Shown here: positions 53,941 through 64,000 of the stretch, in pieces
Numbering within the stretch: the first letter of the stretch is position 1
Layout: each line of letters begins with the position of its first letter
NCBI GenBank assembly: GCA_963802945.1
Contig: CAWDKY010000017.1
Coordinates: 64,001 to 128,000, forward strand
DNA: 64,000 nt
Reading direction: 5' to 3'
Origin: an uncultured delta proteobacterium
Lineage (GTDB): Bacteria > Desulfobacterota > RBG-13-43-22
The notes under the pieces: model-generated
The model's input: the letters and a program-made list of their open reading frames with translations, nothing else
Database searches by the model: none
Told to the model about the DNA's origin: nothing
Made by a program: the position numbers and the translations under genes

Positions 53941-56731
53941 TAAGGTTTTAATAGCCTGATGACATCGTGAACAGATGGTCGGATGTTCCGGAAAACTGCC
54001 CACCTCGGTCCGGAAATTCCAGCAGCGTTCACATTTTTCTCCCCGGGCCTTTTCGATCCGGATGACCAGACCGGGGATTTCCGAACTGGCAGCCCCTTCC
54101 AACGGTCCGGTCTCCGAATGGATTTCAACTTGCGAGACGATAAAAAGGGTCGGCAAAAACCCTGTGTAAGGCCGGATAGACGGCTTCAAGGAATCCGGCA
54201 GGCTCAAGATCACCCGGGCCTCCAGAGAATTGCCGATGAGCTGGGCCTTACGGGCTTGTTCCAGGGCCTTGGTTACTTCGGCCCGCAAGGCAAGAAGGAC
54301 CTTCCACCGCTGATCCAGTTCTTCATCCACCAGGGACGGATCATAAACTGGAAATTGGCTCAGATGAACACTCTCCACTTCTATATCGTCAGTGGACAGA
54401 CAGGACCAGACTTCCTCGGCCGTAAAAGATAGAATAGGGGCTATCAGACGGACCAGGGCCTTGAGGATAATCAGCAGGGCCGTTTGGGCGGATCTTCTTT
54501 CCCGGGACTTGGGGGCCGAAGTATAAAGGCGGTCTTTAAGAATATCCAAATAAAAGGCGCTTAATTCATTGGTACAGAATTGATAGAGGGTATGATAGAC
54601 CACATGAAAATCATAATTTTCATAGGCCCGCCTGACCCGGGTGATCACCTTCTGCAATTGAATCAAGGCCCATCGATCCAGTTCTTCCAATTCTTTTATG
54701 GGTACCTGGTCCTGAGCGGATTGAAAGTCGGAAATATTCCCCAGCAAGAAGCGGCAGGTGTTGCGGATGCGACGATAGGCCTCGGTCAGTTGCTGAAGGA
54801 TATTCTGGGAAATACGGATATCGTCCCGATAATCCTCGGCTGAAACCCAAAGCCGAATGATCTCCGCCCCATATTTTTTGATGACCTCCTCGGGATGGGT
54901 GACATTCCCCAGAGATTTGGATTCCTTCTTGCCTTGGCCGTCCACCACAAAACCATGGGTCAGTACGGCTTCATAAGGGGCCTCACCTCGGGTCCCGACC
55001 GCGGCCAGCAGGGAGCTGTTAAACCAACCCCGGTGTTGATCACTGCCTTCCAGATAAAGGTCGGCCGGGGCACCGAGATAGGGACGGGCCTCCAAAACCG
55101 CAGCGTAACTCACCCCGGAATCGAACCAGACATCCAGGATGTCGGTTTCTTTTCGAAACCTGGTCCCCTGACAATGGGGACAAATGGTGCCCGGGGGTAG
55201 GAGTTGTTCTTCCGAAGAGGAAAACCAGATATCGGTTCCCTGTTTCAGAACCAGGGCCTCCAGATGACTGAGGATCTCCTGCGTAATGATCCAGTTGTTG
55301 CAGTTCTGGCAATAAAAGGCTGGGATAGGGACTCCCCAGGACCGCTGGCGGGACAGACACCAATCCGGGCGGTTTTCCATCATGCCTCGAATCCGGTCCC
55401 GGCCCCAGGCCGGCATCCAGGTCACACGATCAATCTCGGCCAGGGCCTTTTTTCTCAGATCATTGGCTTCCATGGAGATAAACCATTGCTCGGTGGCCCG
55501 AAAGATAATCGGTTTTTTACAACGCCAGCAATGAGGATAGCTGTGTTCAATGGTTTCTTCCCCTTTCAGGGCCTTGACTTCTCGCAATCGTTCCTTAACC
55601 GAATCATTGGCCTCGAAGACAAACTGACCGGCAAAAAATTCGACATCAGGAGTAAAATTCCCCGCATCGTCCACCGGGGAATAGATGTCCAGGTGATAGC
55701 GTAATCCGCTTTCATAATCTTCCTGACCGTGGCCTGGTGCGGTATGGACGATCCCGGTGCCATCCTCCAGGGTTACGTAATCGGCCAGGATCATAACCGA
55801 CTCCCGCGGATAAAGGGGATGCCGGCATTTTTTGCCTTCCAGGGCTTTGGGATCCAGACTGGTCAGGATATGAGGTGCAGCCCAGGAAAGCTTTTGAGCG
55901 CATTTTTCCAACAACCCCTTGGCCAGGATAAAGACTTCCTCTCCCTGCTCGACAGCCACATACTCATAGTCGGGGTGAAAGGCCAGGGCCAGGTTGGCCG
56001 GAATGGTCCAGGGGGTGGTGGTCCAGATGAGGACCGAGACCTTTTTACCCTTTATGGCCGGATAGGCGTCCGACAAATCAGAGATCAAGGGAAAGGCGAC
56101 ATAAATAGAGGGGGAAGTATGCGAGTTCGTATTCCACTTCCGCCTCAGCCAAGGCTGTCTTGCAGGAGGCGCACCAGTAAATGGGTTTTTTACTTTTATA
56201 GACACTTCCCTGTAGGGCAAAGCGTCCGAACTCGCGGATGATAACCGCCTCATAGGCATAATTCATGGTCAGATAAGGATTATCCCATTCACCCAACCCC
56301 CCCAGCCGTTTAAACTCGTTCCGCTGGATGTCGATGAATTTTTCGGCATAAGCCCGGCAGCGTTGCCGGATTTCGATTAGGGAAAGGTCCTTTCTTTTCG
56401 GACCCAATTCCATGTCCACCTGATGTTCTATAGGCAGGCCGTGGCAGTCCCAACCCGGGACATAAGGGGCATCGAAACCTGACATCTGTCTGGATTTGAT
56501 AATGATATCTTTTAATGTTTTATTGAGGGATGTGCCCATATGAATATGACCGTTGGCATAGGGAGGGCCGTCGTGAAGGATGAATTTTTTCCGGCCTTCG
56601 GAAGATTCCCGTATCTTCTGATATAAATGTATGCTTTCCCAGTGCTTCAGCCATTCCGGCTCCTTTTGGGCCAGATTGGCCTTCATGGGAAAATCGGTTT
56701 TGGGCAGATTCAAGGTCTGTTTATAATCCAT
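53932..56731 (-). CDS. ileS: Isoleucine--tRNA ligase, split by one indel near 56122
   Basis: [42 protein letters not shown] (KMSKS variant) and a C-terminal zinc finger. Confidence 0.95.
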
Positions 56732-57074
56732 TTGTCCTCCAGGAAAATATCTCTTGCTTTCCTTATCATAACAGAGGGATATGTCAAGGAGAAAGCAGAT
56801 TTTTCTTCAAAAGGCCCTATATTTCCTATGTCAACCTTGAAAATATCTCCCCAGTCCTTATTGTCCTTTCCGATTGATTTTGACCGGTTGTTGTGATTTA
56901 TAATATCCATCTTCCAAACAAGTTTTTTTAAGGACAACCCCTAAATCAAAAAACTGGTCCATGAATCAGTCGTGCGAAGGGAAAGACATTAGGCATTCAT
57001 CGGACAAGGTGTAGTTAGGCTATCCAGTATTCTTAATAGTCAGACGGCCGTCCAGGTCATTATTAGGAGGAACC

Positions 57075-58109
57075 GTGAAGGAATTTATCGATCTGAGAAG
57101 TGATACCGTCACCAAACCCACGGCGGGTATGCGAAAGGCGATGGCCGAAGCCGAGGTGGGAGATGACGTTTATGGGGAAGACCCAACGATTAATAGTTTG
57201 CAGGAAAAAGTGGCCAAGTTATTGGGAAAAGAGAGGGCTGTTTTTGTTCCCTCAGGAACAATGGCCAATCAGTTATCCATCAAGGCCCACACCCAACCCG
57301 GGGACGAGGTCATCATTGATGCTTCTTCCCATGCCTATAATTTTGAAGGCGGTGCCGGGGCCGTTTTATCAGGTGTCCAGTTTTTCTGTCTTCCGGGGAC
57401 ACGTGGGATTCTCGAGGTCTCGCAGGTCGAGGAGGCCATCCGACCCATTGACGCCCACTTCCCGAAGACCAGACTGATCTGTCTTGAGAACACCCATAAC
57501 CGCGGGGGAGGGTCCGTCTATCCCATTAAGAACATGTCCGAGATTTTTAAACTGGCCAAATCCAAGGGCCTTTTGGTCCATCTGGATGGAGCGAGACTCT
57601 GGAACGCATCAGCGGCCTCAGGAATCAAACCGAGAGCATATGCCCAATGGGCGGATTCTGTAGCGGTGTGCCTTTCGAAAGGATTAGGGGCCCCTGTCGG
57701 CTCCTTGGTAGCCGGTTCTGAAGGCTTTATCGACCGAGTCCACCGGTTTCGGAAAATGTTCGGTGGCGGGATGCGTCAGGCCGGGATCCTGGCGGCTGCC
57801 GGTATCTATGCCCTGGACCATCATCTGGAAAAGCTGCAAGCAACCCATGATCAGGCCAAACGCCTGGCCCGCGGCCTTTCCAGGTGTCAAGGGGTCTCCA
57901 TCGATCCCGGTCAGATTGAGACGAATATCGTCATCTTTGATGTGACTCACAGCGGAAAGACGCCGGCACTAGTAGCCGCAGCAATGAAGAAAAAGGGTGT
58001 GTTGATCCATGCCTTGGGCAAGACCCGGATTCGTCTAGTCACCCATATCGATATCTCCGATAACGATATTGAAAAGGCCCTGGAAGCCTTTAAGCAGATA
58101 TTCCATTAA
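57075..58109 (+). CDS. ltaE: Low-specificity L-threonine aldolase
   Basis: [39 protein letters not shown] and GGGMRQAG motifs. Confidence 0.93.
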   Translation: MKEFIDLRSDTVTKPTAGMRKAMAEAEVGDDVYGEDPTINSLQEKVAKLLGKERAVFVPSGTMANQLSIKAHTQPGDEVIIDASSHAYNFEGGAGAVLSGVQFFCLPGTRGILEVSQVEEAIRPIDAHFPKTRLICLENTHNRGGGSVYPIKNMSEIFKLAKSKGLLVHLDGARLWNASAASGIKPRAYAQWADSVAVCLSKGLGAPVGSLVAGSEGFIDRVHRFRKMFGGGMRQAGILAAAGIYALDHHLEKLQATHDQAKRLARGLSRCQGVSIDPGQIETNIVIFDVTHSGKTPALVAAAMKKKGVLIHALGKTRIRLVTHIDISDNDIEKALEAFKQIFH

Positions 58110-58154
58110 TCGTTAAAAGGGTACAACATTTTCTGGCCAATAGACCGGATTAAT

Positions 58155-58925
58155 TTAAGCCAGCAGTCCTCCGTCCATGACCAGGGTATGTCCGGTAATA
58201 TAACTGGAGGCGTCCGAGACTAAAAATAGGACTGGTCCAAGGACCTCTTCCACACCGGCCAATCGACGCAAGGGATAACTTTTCTCCGCTTTTTTGCGGG
58301 TTTCCGGGTCCATCCTGGCCCGAACCCGCTCGGTCAGGGCCTGGGAGGGAGCCAACGCATTAACCCTGATATTATATTTGCCCAGATCCCAGGCCAGATT
58401 TCGGGTAAGCATAATAATGCCTGCCTTGGCAATATTATAGGAACCTCTCTTGGTAAAGGCCTTCATCCCGGCGGCCGAGGCCATGTTTAGGATGTTTCCC
58501 TTCTTCCGTTCGATCATCCCCTTGACTGCGGCCTGAGAGCAGAAAAAAGCGGCTTTAAGATTGTTATCCATGACCGACTGCCAGTCCTCCTCTGAGGTTT
58601 CATGCAGCAAGGGAGAAAGACCGGCCCGTCCACCGGCGTTATTGACCAGGATATCGATTCCGCCCAACTCAGCCTCCACCTGTTGGACCAGATTTTCGAC
58701 CTCTGCCTTGTGAGTGAGATCGACCCGAACCGCCAGGGAGCGACGTCCAAATCCCCGGATGGCATCAAACACTCCAGTCAGATCGCCCTCTTCCTCCACC
58801 CGGTCACAAACAGCCACATCGGCCCCTGCTTCGGCCAAAGCCAGGGCAATCGCTTTGCCCAATCCCCTTCTGCTCCCGGTGACCAGGGCGGTTTTTCCTT
58901 CCAAAGACAGATTTGTTATGCTCAT
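58155..58925 (-). CDS. SDR family oxidoreductase
   Basis: TGSRRGLG, NNAG and YNIAK (YxxxK) motifs. Confidence 0.9.
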   Translation of the reverse strand: MSITNLSLEGKTALVTGSRRGLGKAIALALAEAGADVAVCDRVEEEGDLTGVFDAIRGFGRRSLAVRVDLTHKAEVENLVQQVEAELGGIDILVNNAGGRAGLSPLLHETSEEDWQSVMDNNLKAAFFCSQAAVKGMIERKKGNILNMASAAGMKAFTKRGSYNIAKAGIIMLTRNLAWDLGKYNIRVNALAPSQALTERVRARMDPETRKKAEKSYPLRRLAGVEEVLGPVLFLVSDASSYITGHTLVMDGGLLA

Positions 58926-59153
58926 TGTTCCCTCTTAATTAGTCAATGTTTTTTAACTTCCTTGATTTTGGAATTCATAATATCAAATATTTTCCGAAAT
59001 ATACTACTTTCCTTCATCCTGAATTCCACTAACCATAAAATGAAGTCCCCTCTTTCTTGAATCTTGACAGTCAAAGAGGAGATGAGTTAGATATAATCCA
59101 AACGTTGCAATAATTTTTGGGGCCAATACAGAAGTAAGCAAAGGATCGTAATC

Positions 59154-60116
59154 GTGGATTTGAATTCAAAAATATTCACTGTTAGCTTTCTTGTCTGTTC
59201 GTTTTTTTTCTTTATGTCCATTTCCCCGGCGTTGGCCCAATCGAAGCCAGCTCCCTTTTTTCTCATGGGCGATGGCCGGATTCATATTCAAAATGTTCAG
59301 ACCAAGCAAGAAGCCGATGTGATCTTACTTCTTCCTGACGGCTCCTTTAACGAACCGGCTTGGGAAAAGATCGATTCTGTTTTCGGTTTTTCCGGCCAAA
59401 GAAAAGGGGAACATATTTCCCCAAGACTGATTTTTATGCTGGATTATTTTTCAGACCTCGTCGCTCCAGGGAAGACCATCTTTCTGACATCGGGTTACCG
59501 GAGCCCGGAATATAATGAAGGTCTTAAAAAAGCCGGTGGGATTGTTGCTAAAACCAGTACCCATATGGATGGATTGGCTTTGGATTTTTTCATAGAAGGT
59601 GTAAACGGTAAGGAGCTCTGGAATATGATTCGCCAAAAAAACTGCTGCGGTGTGGGACATTACGGAGGGAAAGAGATCCATCTGGATGCCAGCCGTCCCC
59701 GATTCTGGGAGGCGGCCACTTCCAAAGTGGATACTAACGAAAGCGACTACAACCGCCGCATGTTTCTTTCCACCGACTTCGACCGTTACAGTCCCGGTCA
59801 AGCCTTACGGCTTTCTTTTTCTTCCGTCAGCGATTTTGGATTCGGGATCAGAAAAAAGGCGGCTTTGATTTCTAAGTCAGAAGGAAATATTCCTGCAGCC
59901 GAGATCGCAATCCTGACCCAGGATACTGGAGATTGCTTCCCGATCAATGACCGTCAGACCTCTCACTTCATCAACCTCACCCTCCCACAGAATATCAAGG
60001 AAGGTCGGTACCGCATTCAACTGGATTTCTGTCAGCGGCCTTTCGAGCAGATGCCCTTAAATATTTTATCTAATGAGATCGAGATCGTTTCCATTTTTTC
60101 TTCAGGTCGCGAATAA
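59154..60116 (+). CDS. DUF882/YcbK-like (peptidase M15A-type) exported protein with an extra C-terminal domain
   Basis: Signal peptide; TSGYRS, STHMDGLALD, GVGHY and IHLD motifs. Confidence 0.75.
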   Translation: MDLNSKIFTVSFLVCSFFFFMSISPALAQSKPAPFFLMGDGRIHIQNVQTKQEADVILLLPDGSFNEPAWEKIDSVFGFSGQRKGEHISPRLIFMLDYFSDLVAPGKTIFLTSGYRSPEYNEGLKKAGGIVAKTSTHMDGLALDFFIEGVNGKELWNMIRQKNCCGVGHYGGKEIHLDASRPRFWEAATSKVDTNESDYNRRMFLSTDFDRYSPGQALRLSFSSVSDFGFGIRKKAALISKSEGNIPAAEIAILTQDTGDCFPINDRQTSHFINLTLPQNIKEGRYRIQLDFCQRPFEQMPLNILSNEIEIVSIFSSGRE

Positions 60117-60163
60117 ATAAATTGGGGGAAAAACATTACCAGGATGCGGAAAAACTCATTTTT

Positions 60164-60302
60164 ACAGGTTGCTGAAAAAGGTTCAGATACAAGGCGCCCG
60201 AAATTTCGAGGAATGAGCCGTACATAGAAGTACGTCGCAATGACGAGGGATGAGGGCAACCCCGCCCTTGGCGGGATTGATGGGCCTTTTTCAGCAACCT
60301 GT
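60164..60302. mobile_element. MITE-like element, copy C (inverted relative to A)
   Basis: Perfect 18-bp TIR ACAGGTTGCTGAAAAAGG / CCTTTTTCAGCAACCTGT. Confidence 0.82.
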
Positions 60303-60340
60303 TAAGATAATAACTTAAATTTCAACAGCAGGAAGGCTCT

Positions 60341-61099
60341 ATGAAGAATAGTTTAAAACAAAAGGTAATTCAATTTCTAGGTGACCAGGTTTCTGTCGTA
60401 GGGTTTGCACCCATTGAAAGGTTCAGCGATGCGCCTGAAAAACATCATCCGACCCGGGTCTGTAAAGATGGGGCAACGGTGATCGTCTTTGGTATACGCG
60501 TTCCCCGTGGGGTGTTGTCGTCTCCGGACTATAACCTGTATGGTCTGCACCGTTCGTATCATACGGTCTACCGGCGCTTGGACGAAATCGGTCTGGCCTT
60601 GTGCAATTTCATCGAATCGCAGGGAGCTCATGCCGCCGTTCCTGTGCCGAGTTATGCCCCGATGGTGTTTCATGGTTTGGAACCGTGGGGAATTATTTCT
60701 TTAAAGCATGCCGCGGTCCGGGCGGGCCTGGGGGCTTTCGGCAAAAGCGGGCAGATGTATCATCACGACTATGGCTCAATGCTGCGTTTGGCTGCAGTAG
60801 TAACCAGCGCGAAAATGCCTGATGATCCGGTAATGGATATCGACCCCTGCCCCAAGGGGTGCAGAGCCTGCCAAAAAAAATGTCCGGCCCGTGCATTTAC
60901 CGACTCGGGCGATTTTCAGAAGATGGTCTGCCTCCCTTACTCCGTCAAGCATGCCATCTATCCCCTGGCCTTGAAGGATGAAGCGGGCCTCAAATATATT
61001 GAACGGATCATCAACACCGCCGGACACGATTACTGGCTGGCCTGCGATGAATGCCTGAAGGTCTGTCCCAACAACCGTCCCAAGAAAAAGGCCAACTGA
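60341..61099 (+). CDS. QueG/reductive-dehalogenase-like Fe-S protein
   Basis: SLKHAAVRAGLGAFGKS, CPKGCRACQKKCP and CDECLKVCP motifs. Confidence 0.78.
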   Translation: MKNSLKQKVIQFLGDQVSVVGFAPIERFSDAPEKHHPTRVCKDGATVIVFGIRVPRGVLSSPDYNLYGLHRSYHTVYRRLDEIGLALCNFIESQGAHAAVPVPSYAPMVFHGLEPWGIISLKHAAVRAGLGAFGKSGQMYHHDYGSMLRLAAVVTSAKMPDDPVMDIDPCPKGCRACQKKCPARAFTDSGDFQKMVCLPYSVKHAIYPLALKDEAGLKYIERIINTAGHDYWLACDECLKVCPNNRPKKKAN

Positions 61100-61262
61100 C
61101 AGGGGAGATCGCTCATAAAGATATCATTAATCCCGGAAAAACATTTTGACATTCTGTCCGGTTGTCCTCTTGGAAATGGTGGATCAGAAAAAAGCCATCT
61201 CATCATAAGTTATTAATAAATTAGATGTGTGTGTAAATCGGAATGACCCCGAAATAGAACAA

Positions 61263-62168
61263 TTAGCCTTTGTCTAATGTCGCGGCAACCCGATCTCTAT
61301 AATCCCTGCTCTTTTCGTCGGCAGCGATCAGATCAATCTCCGCAGGCGACGAAACCCCTATGCTCAGCTCCACGGCCCGGGCAATCTGCTCCTGATCGAA
61401 AATCCTGGTATTCATGATGGCCGGATTGCTCCCCAGGTTTTTCAAAATAGCCACGCCCACCGCATCCGTGGCCACTCGGTCGACAGAGGCCACAAAGACC
61501 TCTCCCTTGGCCATCTTTCCGAAGGCTGGCCCGCCATCCACAAAGGCATCCACTCCATCGAGGATAACAAGCTGAGGAGTGAAAGGCCGATTGAGCTCGG
61601 CGATCAGTTTCCGTTGATAGGGAGAACTGTGGAGTTCCTGCATGTAATTGAATCCATGACGGTTGGTTGGGACCACGCCCACATGAAGCTTGAGAGACAG
61701 GGTGAAGATGCCTCCGAATTGATGGGTCTTGAGGCAGCAGGTGGAAACCAGACATTCGGCCTCCAGAACAGGCCTGGCGATTCGAAACCCCTTCTTCCAG
61801 TGACTATCTTTAGGAATCACCTCAATCCAGTCCTTTTTGTCCAGGTTGTCAAAATTGATGATCTTGACATTCAATTTTGCCAACAGAGGGAGGACTCCCT
61901 TTTGATCCATTACCTCCTGAGTCAAGGGAAAACTCCTTTCCCCCAGGCTGATCGACTTGGCTCCCATGGCCCATATTTCTTCCACCAGGGCCGTCAGAGT
62001 GTCGTTGTGAGTGGAGCCGGGGGTGATATCGGCGGTATTGAAGTTCGGTTTGATGAGGACATTTTTCCCTTTAACCGGATTGATTCCTAAAGCCCTTAGT
62101 GATGCCTGCACTCCTTCTTTACGATTGCTTGTCTTTTTTAAAGCTACTACGCTTTTTTTATTGGCCAT
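61263..62168 (-). CDS. DUF362 domain protein
   Basis: VLIKPN, LKTH, TLSLKLHVG and DRVATDA motifs. Confidence 0.85.
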   Translation of the reverse strand: MANKKSVVALKKTSNRKEGVQASLRALGINPVKGKNVLIKPNFNTADITPGSTHNDTLTALVEEIWAMGAKSISLGERSFPLTQEVMDQKGVLPLLAKLNVKIINFDNLDKKDWIEVIPKDSHWKKGFRIARPVLEAECLVSTCCLKTHQFGGIFTLSLKLHVGVVPTNRHGFNYMQELHSSPYQRKLIAELNRPFTPQLVILDGVDAFVDGGPAFGKMAKGEVFVASVDRVATDAVGVAILKNLGSNPAIMNTRIFDQEQIARAVELSIGVSSPAEIDLIAADEKSRDYRDRVAATLDKG

Positions 62169-62409
62169 AGTGTCCTCTAAGCTTGATATTATTATTTTCT
62201 TCTAATTTATCATAATATTTCAATGGGGCCAAGAGTTATCCATTGATAACTCCGGTGCCCTCTTCCATTTTGGGAAAAATTGTTGTATAATTATATTGTT
62301 TTCAGTTTAAAATTCCCCCCGGATGCTGCCGGGGTTTCCTAATTTAGAGTAGGCAGGACACCTGGATTGGCTCGCACTTGTAAATTCACTCTTAAGGAGG
62401 TACCAACTT

Positions 62410-62997
62410 ATGGCGGAGGTTGAAGTTCCAAGCCTTGAAGAATTGGAAGAGATGAAAGGGAAAGCCTTTACCCGAAGAGTGGCTTTGATAACGGCTATCT
62501 ATGCCGTCATTCTGGCCGTTACTTCCCTGGGGGGAAACAAGGCCATGAAGGAGATGCTGCTGGCCCAGCAGCAGGCCTCGGACCAGTGGAGTTTTTATCA
62601 GGCCAAAGTGATTCGGGAGCATCTCTATCGAAATGAAAAAAACCGAATGGAGGCGGAGTTATTGGAAAGAGGGGCTTCCATGAAACCGGAAGTCAGAAAA
62701 CATTATGAAAACCTATTAAAAAAAATGGGGGAAGAAGAGGGCCGTTATAATACGGAAAAAAGAGAGATACAAAAGGAGGCCAAATCTTTGGAAAAGGAAA
62801 GGGACGTAAATCGGAACAAGGACCCCTATTTTGATTTTGCCGAGGCCTTATTGCAAATTTCAATTGTCCTTGCTTCTATCGCTATCCTTGCTACCTCCTG
62901 GCCGATTTTCATCTTCTCCCTCATTTCGGCCGGATGCGGATGTATCCTTTCCCTTAATGGGTTTCTGATGATCTTTCGATTACCCTTTCTGAGCTGA
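62410..62997 (+). CDS. DUF4337 family membrane protein
   Basis: ASDQWSFYQAK and FAEALLQISIVLASIA motifs. Confidence 0.8.
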   Translation: MAEVEVPSLEELEEMKGKAFTRRVALITAIYAVILAVTSLGGNKAMKEMLLAQQQASDQWSFYQAKVIREHLYRNEKNRMEAELLERGASMKPEVRKHYENLLKKMGEEEGRYNTEKREIQKEAKSLEKERDVNRNKDPYFDFAEALLQISIVLASIAILATSWPIFIFSLISAGCGCILSLNGFLMIFRLPFLS

Positions 62998-63026
62998 TAA
63001 GGGTGCAGGAAATGAGAGGATAAAGG

Positions 63027-63419
63027 CTACACTTGTTTTTTATCCGAATCTTTTAAAGAAAGCCTCTCCATGACTTTTTGGCAATACACCTGGTTTTCTT
63101 CCAGCAGGGGGGAAGCTCGGCGCATCATATTCAGTTTCATGATCTGAAAGTTGAGCCGCTTCATCAGGCGGTATTGCTCTTCCACATCTTCCAAGCCCGC
63201 CAGTAAATCCCGTAATTGCACAATTTCCTTTTTTAGTTCCAGTTCAGGAGGCAGGCAATCGGCATTTTTTAGAATCTTATAGGCCAGCCGCAATTCTTCG
63301 GGAATACCACTCTCATCATCCAATGGCAGGGGCTTGCCTTTTCCGGGCAGGTTATCCAGTTCCCCTTTCAGGATGGCTTCCTGGATTTTTCTTTCGGCGA
63401 TGATATGTGAAAAAAACAT
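63027..63419 (-). CDS. DUF1992 domain protein
   Basis: IAERKIQEA..GELDNLPGKGKPL..LRLAYKILKNA motif. Confidence 0.85.
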   Translation of the reverse strand: MFFSHIIAERKIQEAILKGELDNLPGKGKPLPLDDESGIPEELRLAYKILKNADCLPPELELKKEIVQLRDLLAGLEDVEEQYRLMKRLNFQIMKLNMMRRASPLLEENQVYCQKVMERLSLKDSDKKQV

Positions 63420-63528
63420 ATCGAGAAAAGTTCCTTGTTGAGTCCGGTGACTTCCTTCGTTCCGTGGATGGAGGGAAAATGGATTTATGAACTTTTATGG
63501 ATTCATCATAGCATGGTTAAGAAAAAGA

Positions 63529-64000
63529 TCAACCGCCAATTTTAGACATCTGACGTTGACACTTTCGATAGAGGGCATTCAACTGAACGGGATGCTCTTT
63601 GGGTTTTTTGGAGATGGCCTCCTGGATGATGGCTTCCAATTCCGCGTCCGAAGCCCCCTGACGCATGGGAGTTCGCAGGTCGGTCTCATTATCGGAAAAG
63701 AGACAGACCCTCAGACGGCCTTCGGCTGTGAGGCGAAGCCGGTTGCAGGAGGGACAAAAATGTTCGCTGATGGGGCTGATCAAACCGATTTCACCCCGGG
63801 CTCCGGCATAGGCCATCCGTTTGGCCGGACCGTCCAGGTCTTGATCGTTAACCGGGAAAAGCGGCCCCAGGGTTTGTAGTTTTATCAGGGTTTCTTCCGA
63901 TGAGAGGAACCGTTTGGTGTTCCAACCATTATCATTACCAACCGGCATAAACTCAATAAAGCGGATATGATAAGGTTTTTCATAAGACAAGCGGCCGAAA
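63529..64000 (-). CDS. moaA: GTP 3',8-cyclase, C-terminal part (runs off the window end)
   Basis: RFIEFMP, FCPSCNRLRLTAEG..CL and terminal MSKIGG. Confidence 0.92.
   Translation of the reverse strand, partial: FGRLSYEKPYHIRFIEFMPVGNDNGWNTKRFLSSEETLIKLQTLGPLFPVNDQDLDGPAKRMAYAGARGEIGLISPISEHFCPSCNRLRLTAEGRLRVCLFSDNETDLRTPMRQGASDAELEAIIQEAISKKPKEHPVQLNALYRKCQRQMSKIGG

Noticed and set aside
56940-57070. Possible riboswitch upstream of ltaE
   Set aside because: No glycine-riboswitch or T-box consensus was recognised.
62344-62377. Minus-strand GTGCGAGCC...CCTACTCTA resembling fused group II intron ends
   Set aside because: Only about 34 nt with no domain V; it cannot be distinguished from chance.

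Overview
Chromosomal window from an anaerobic Gram-negative bacterium, probably Desulfobacterota/Deltaproteobacteria (inferred from gene content and order). The backbone is housekeeping: livKHMGF, a PilT-like ATPase, tatBC, uvrC, thrS-infC-rpmI-rplT-pheS-pheT-merR, acyP, ligA, rsmA, rfbA/B/D, tolQRAB-pal-cpoB, a gcvH-like gene, ileS-lspA-lgt, ltaE and moaA. A mosaic accessory region of about 16 kb (about 22.7-38.7 kb) interrupts it. That region holds unrelated, partly decayed genes with differing codon style, three IS91-family transposase remnants and a group II intron 3' remnant. Intergenic DNA is rich in small structured repeats: a modular MITE-like family (3 copies), a dispersed mini-hairpin of about 18-21 bp, inverted arrays of 7/8-mer repeats and a nested inverted-repeat element. 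Single-base indels split essential genes (thrS, ileS, tolQ, rfbB, rfbD), so many frameshifts are probably sequencing or assembly errors. No rRNA, tRNA or CRISPR array was recognised. No complete new protein system is evident. The best candidates for novelty are the IS91-punctuated gene-capture island, the small-repeat families and a GcvH homologue lacking its lipoyl-lysine.
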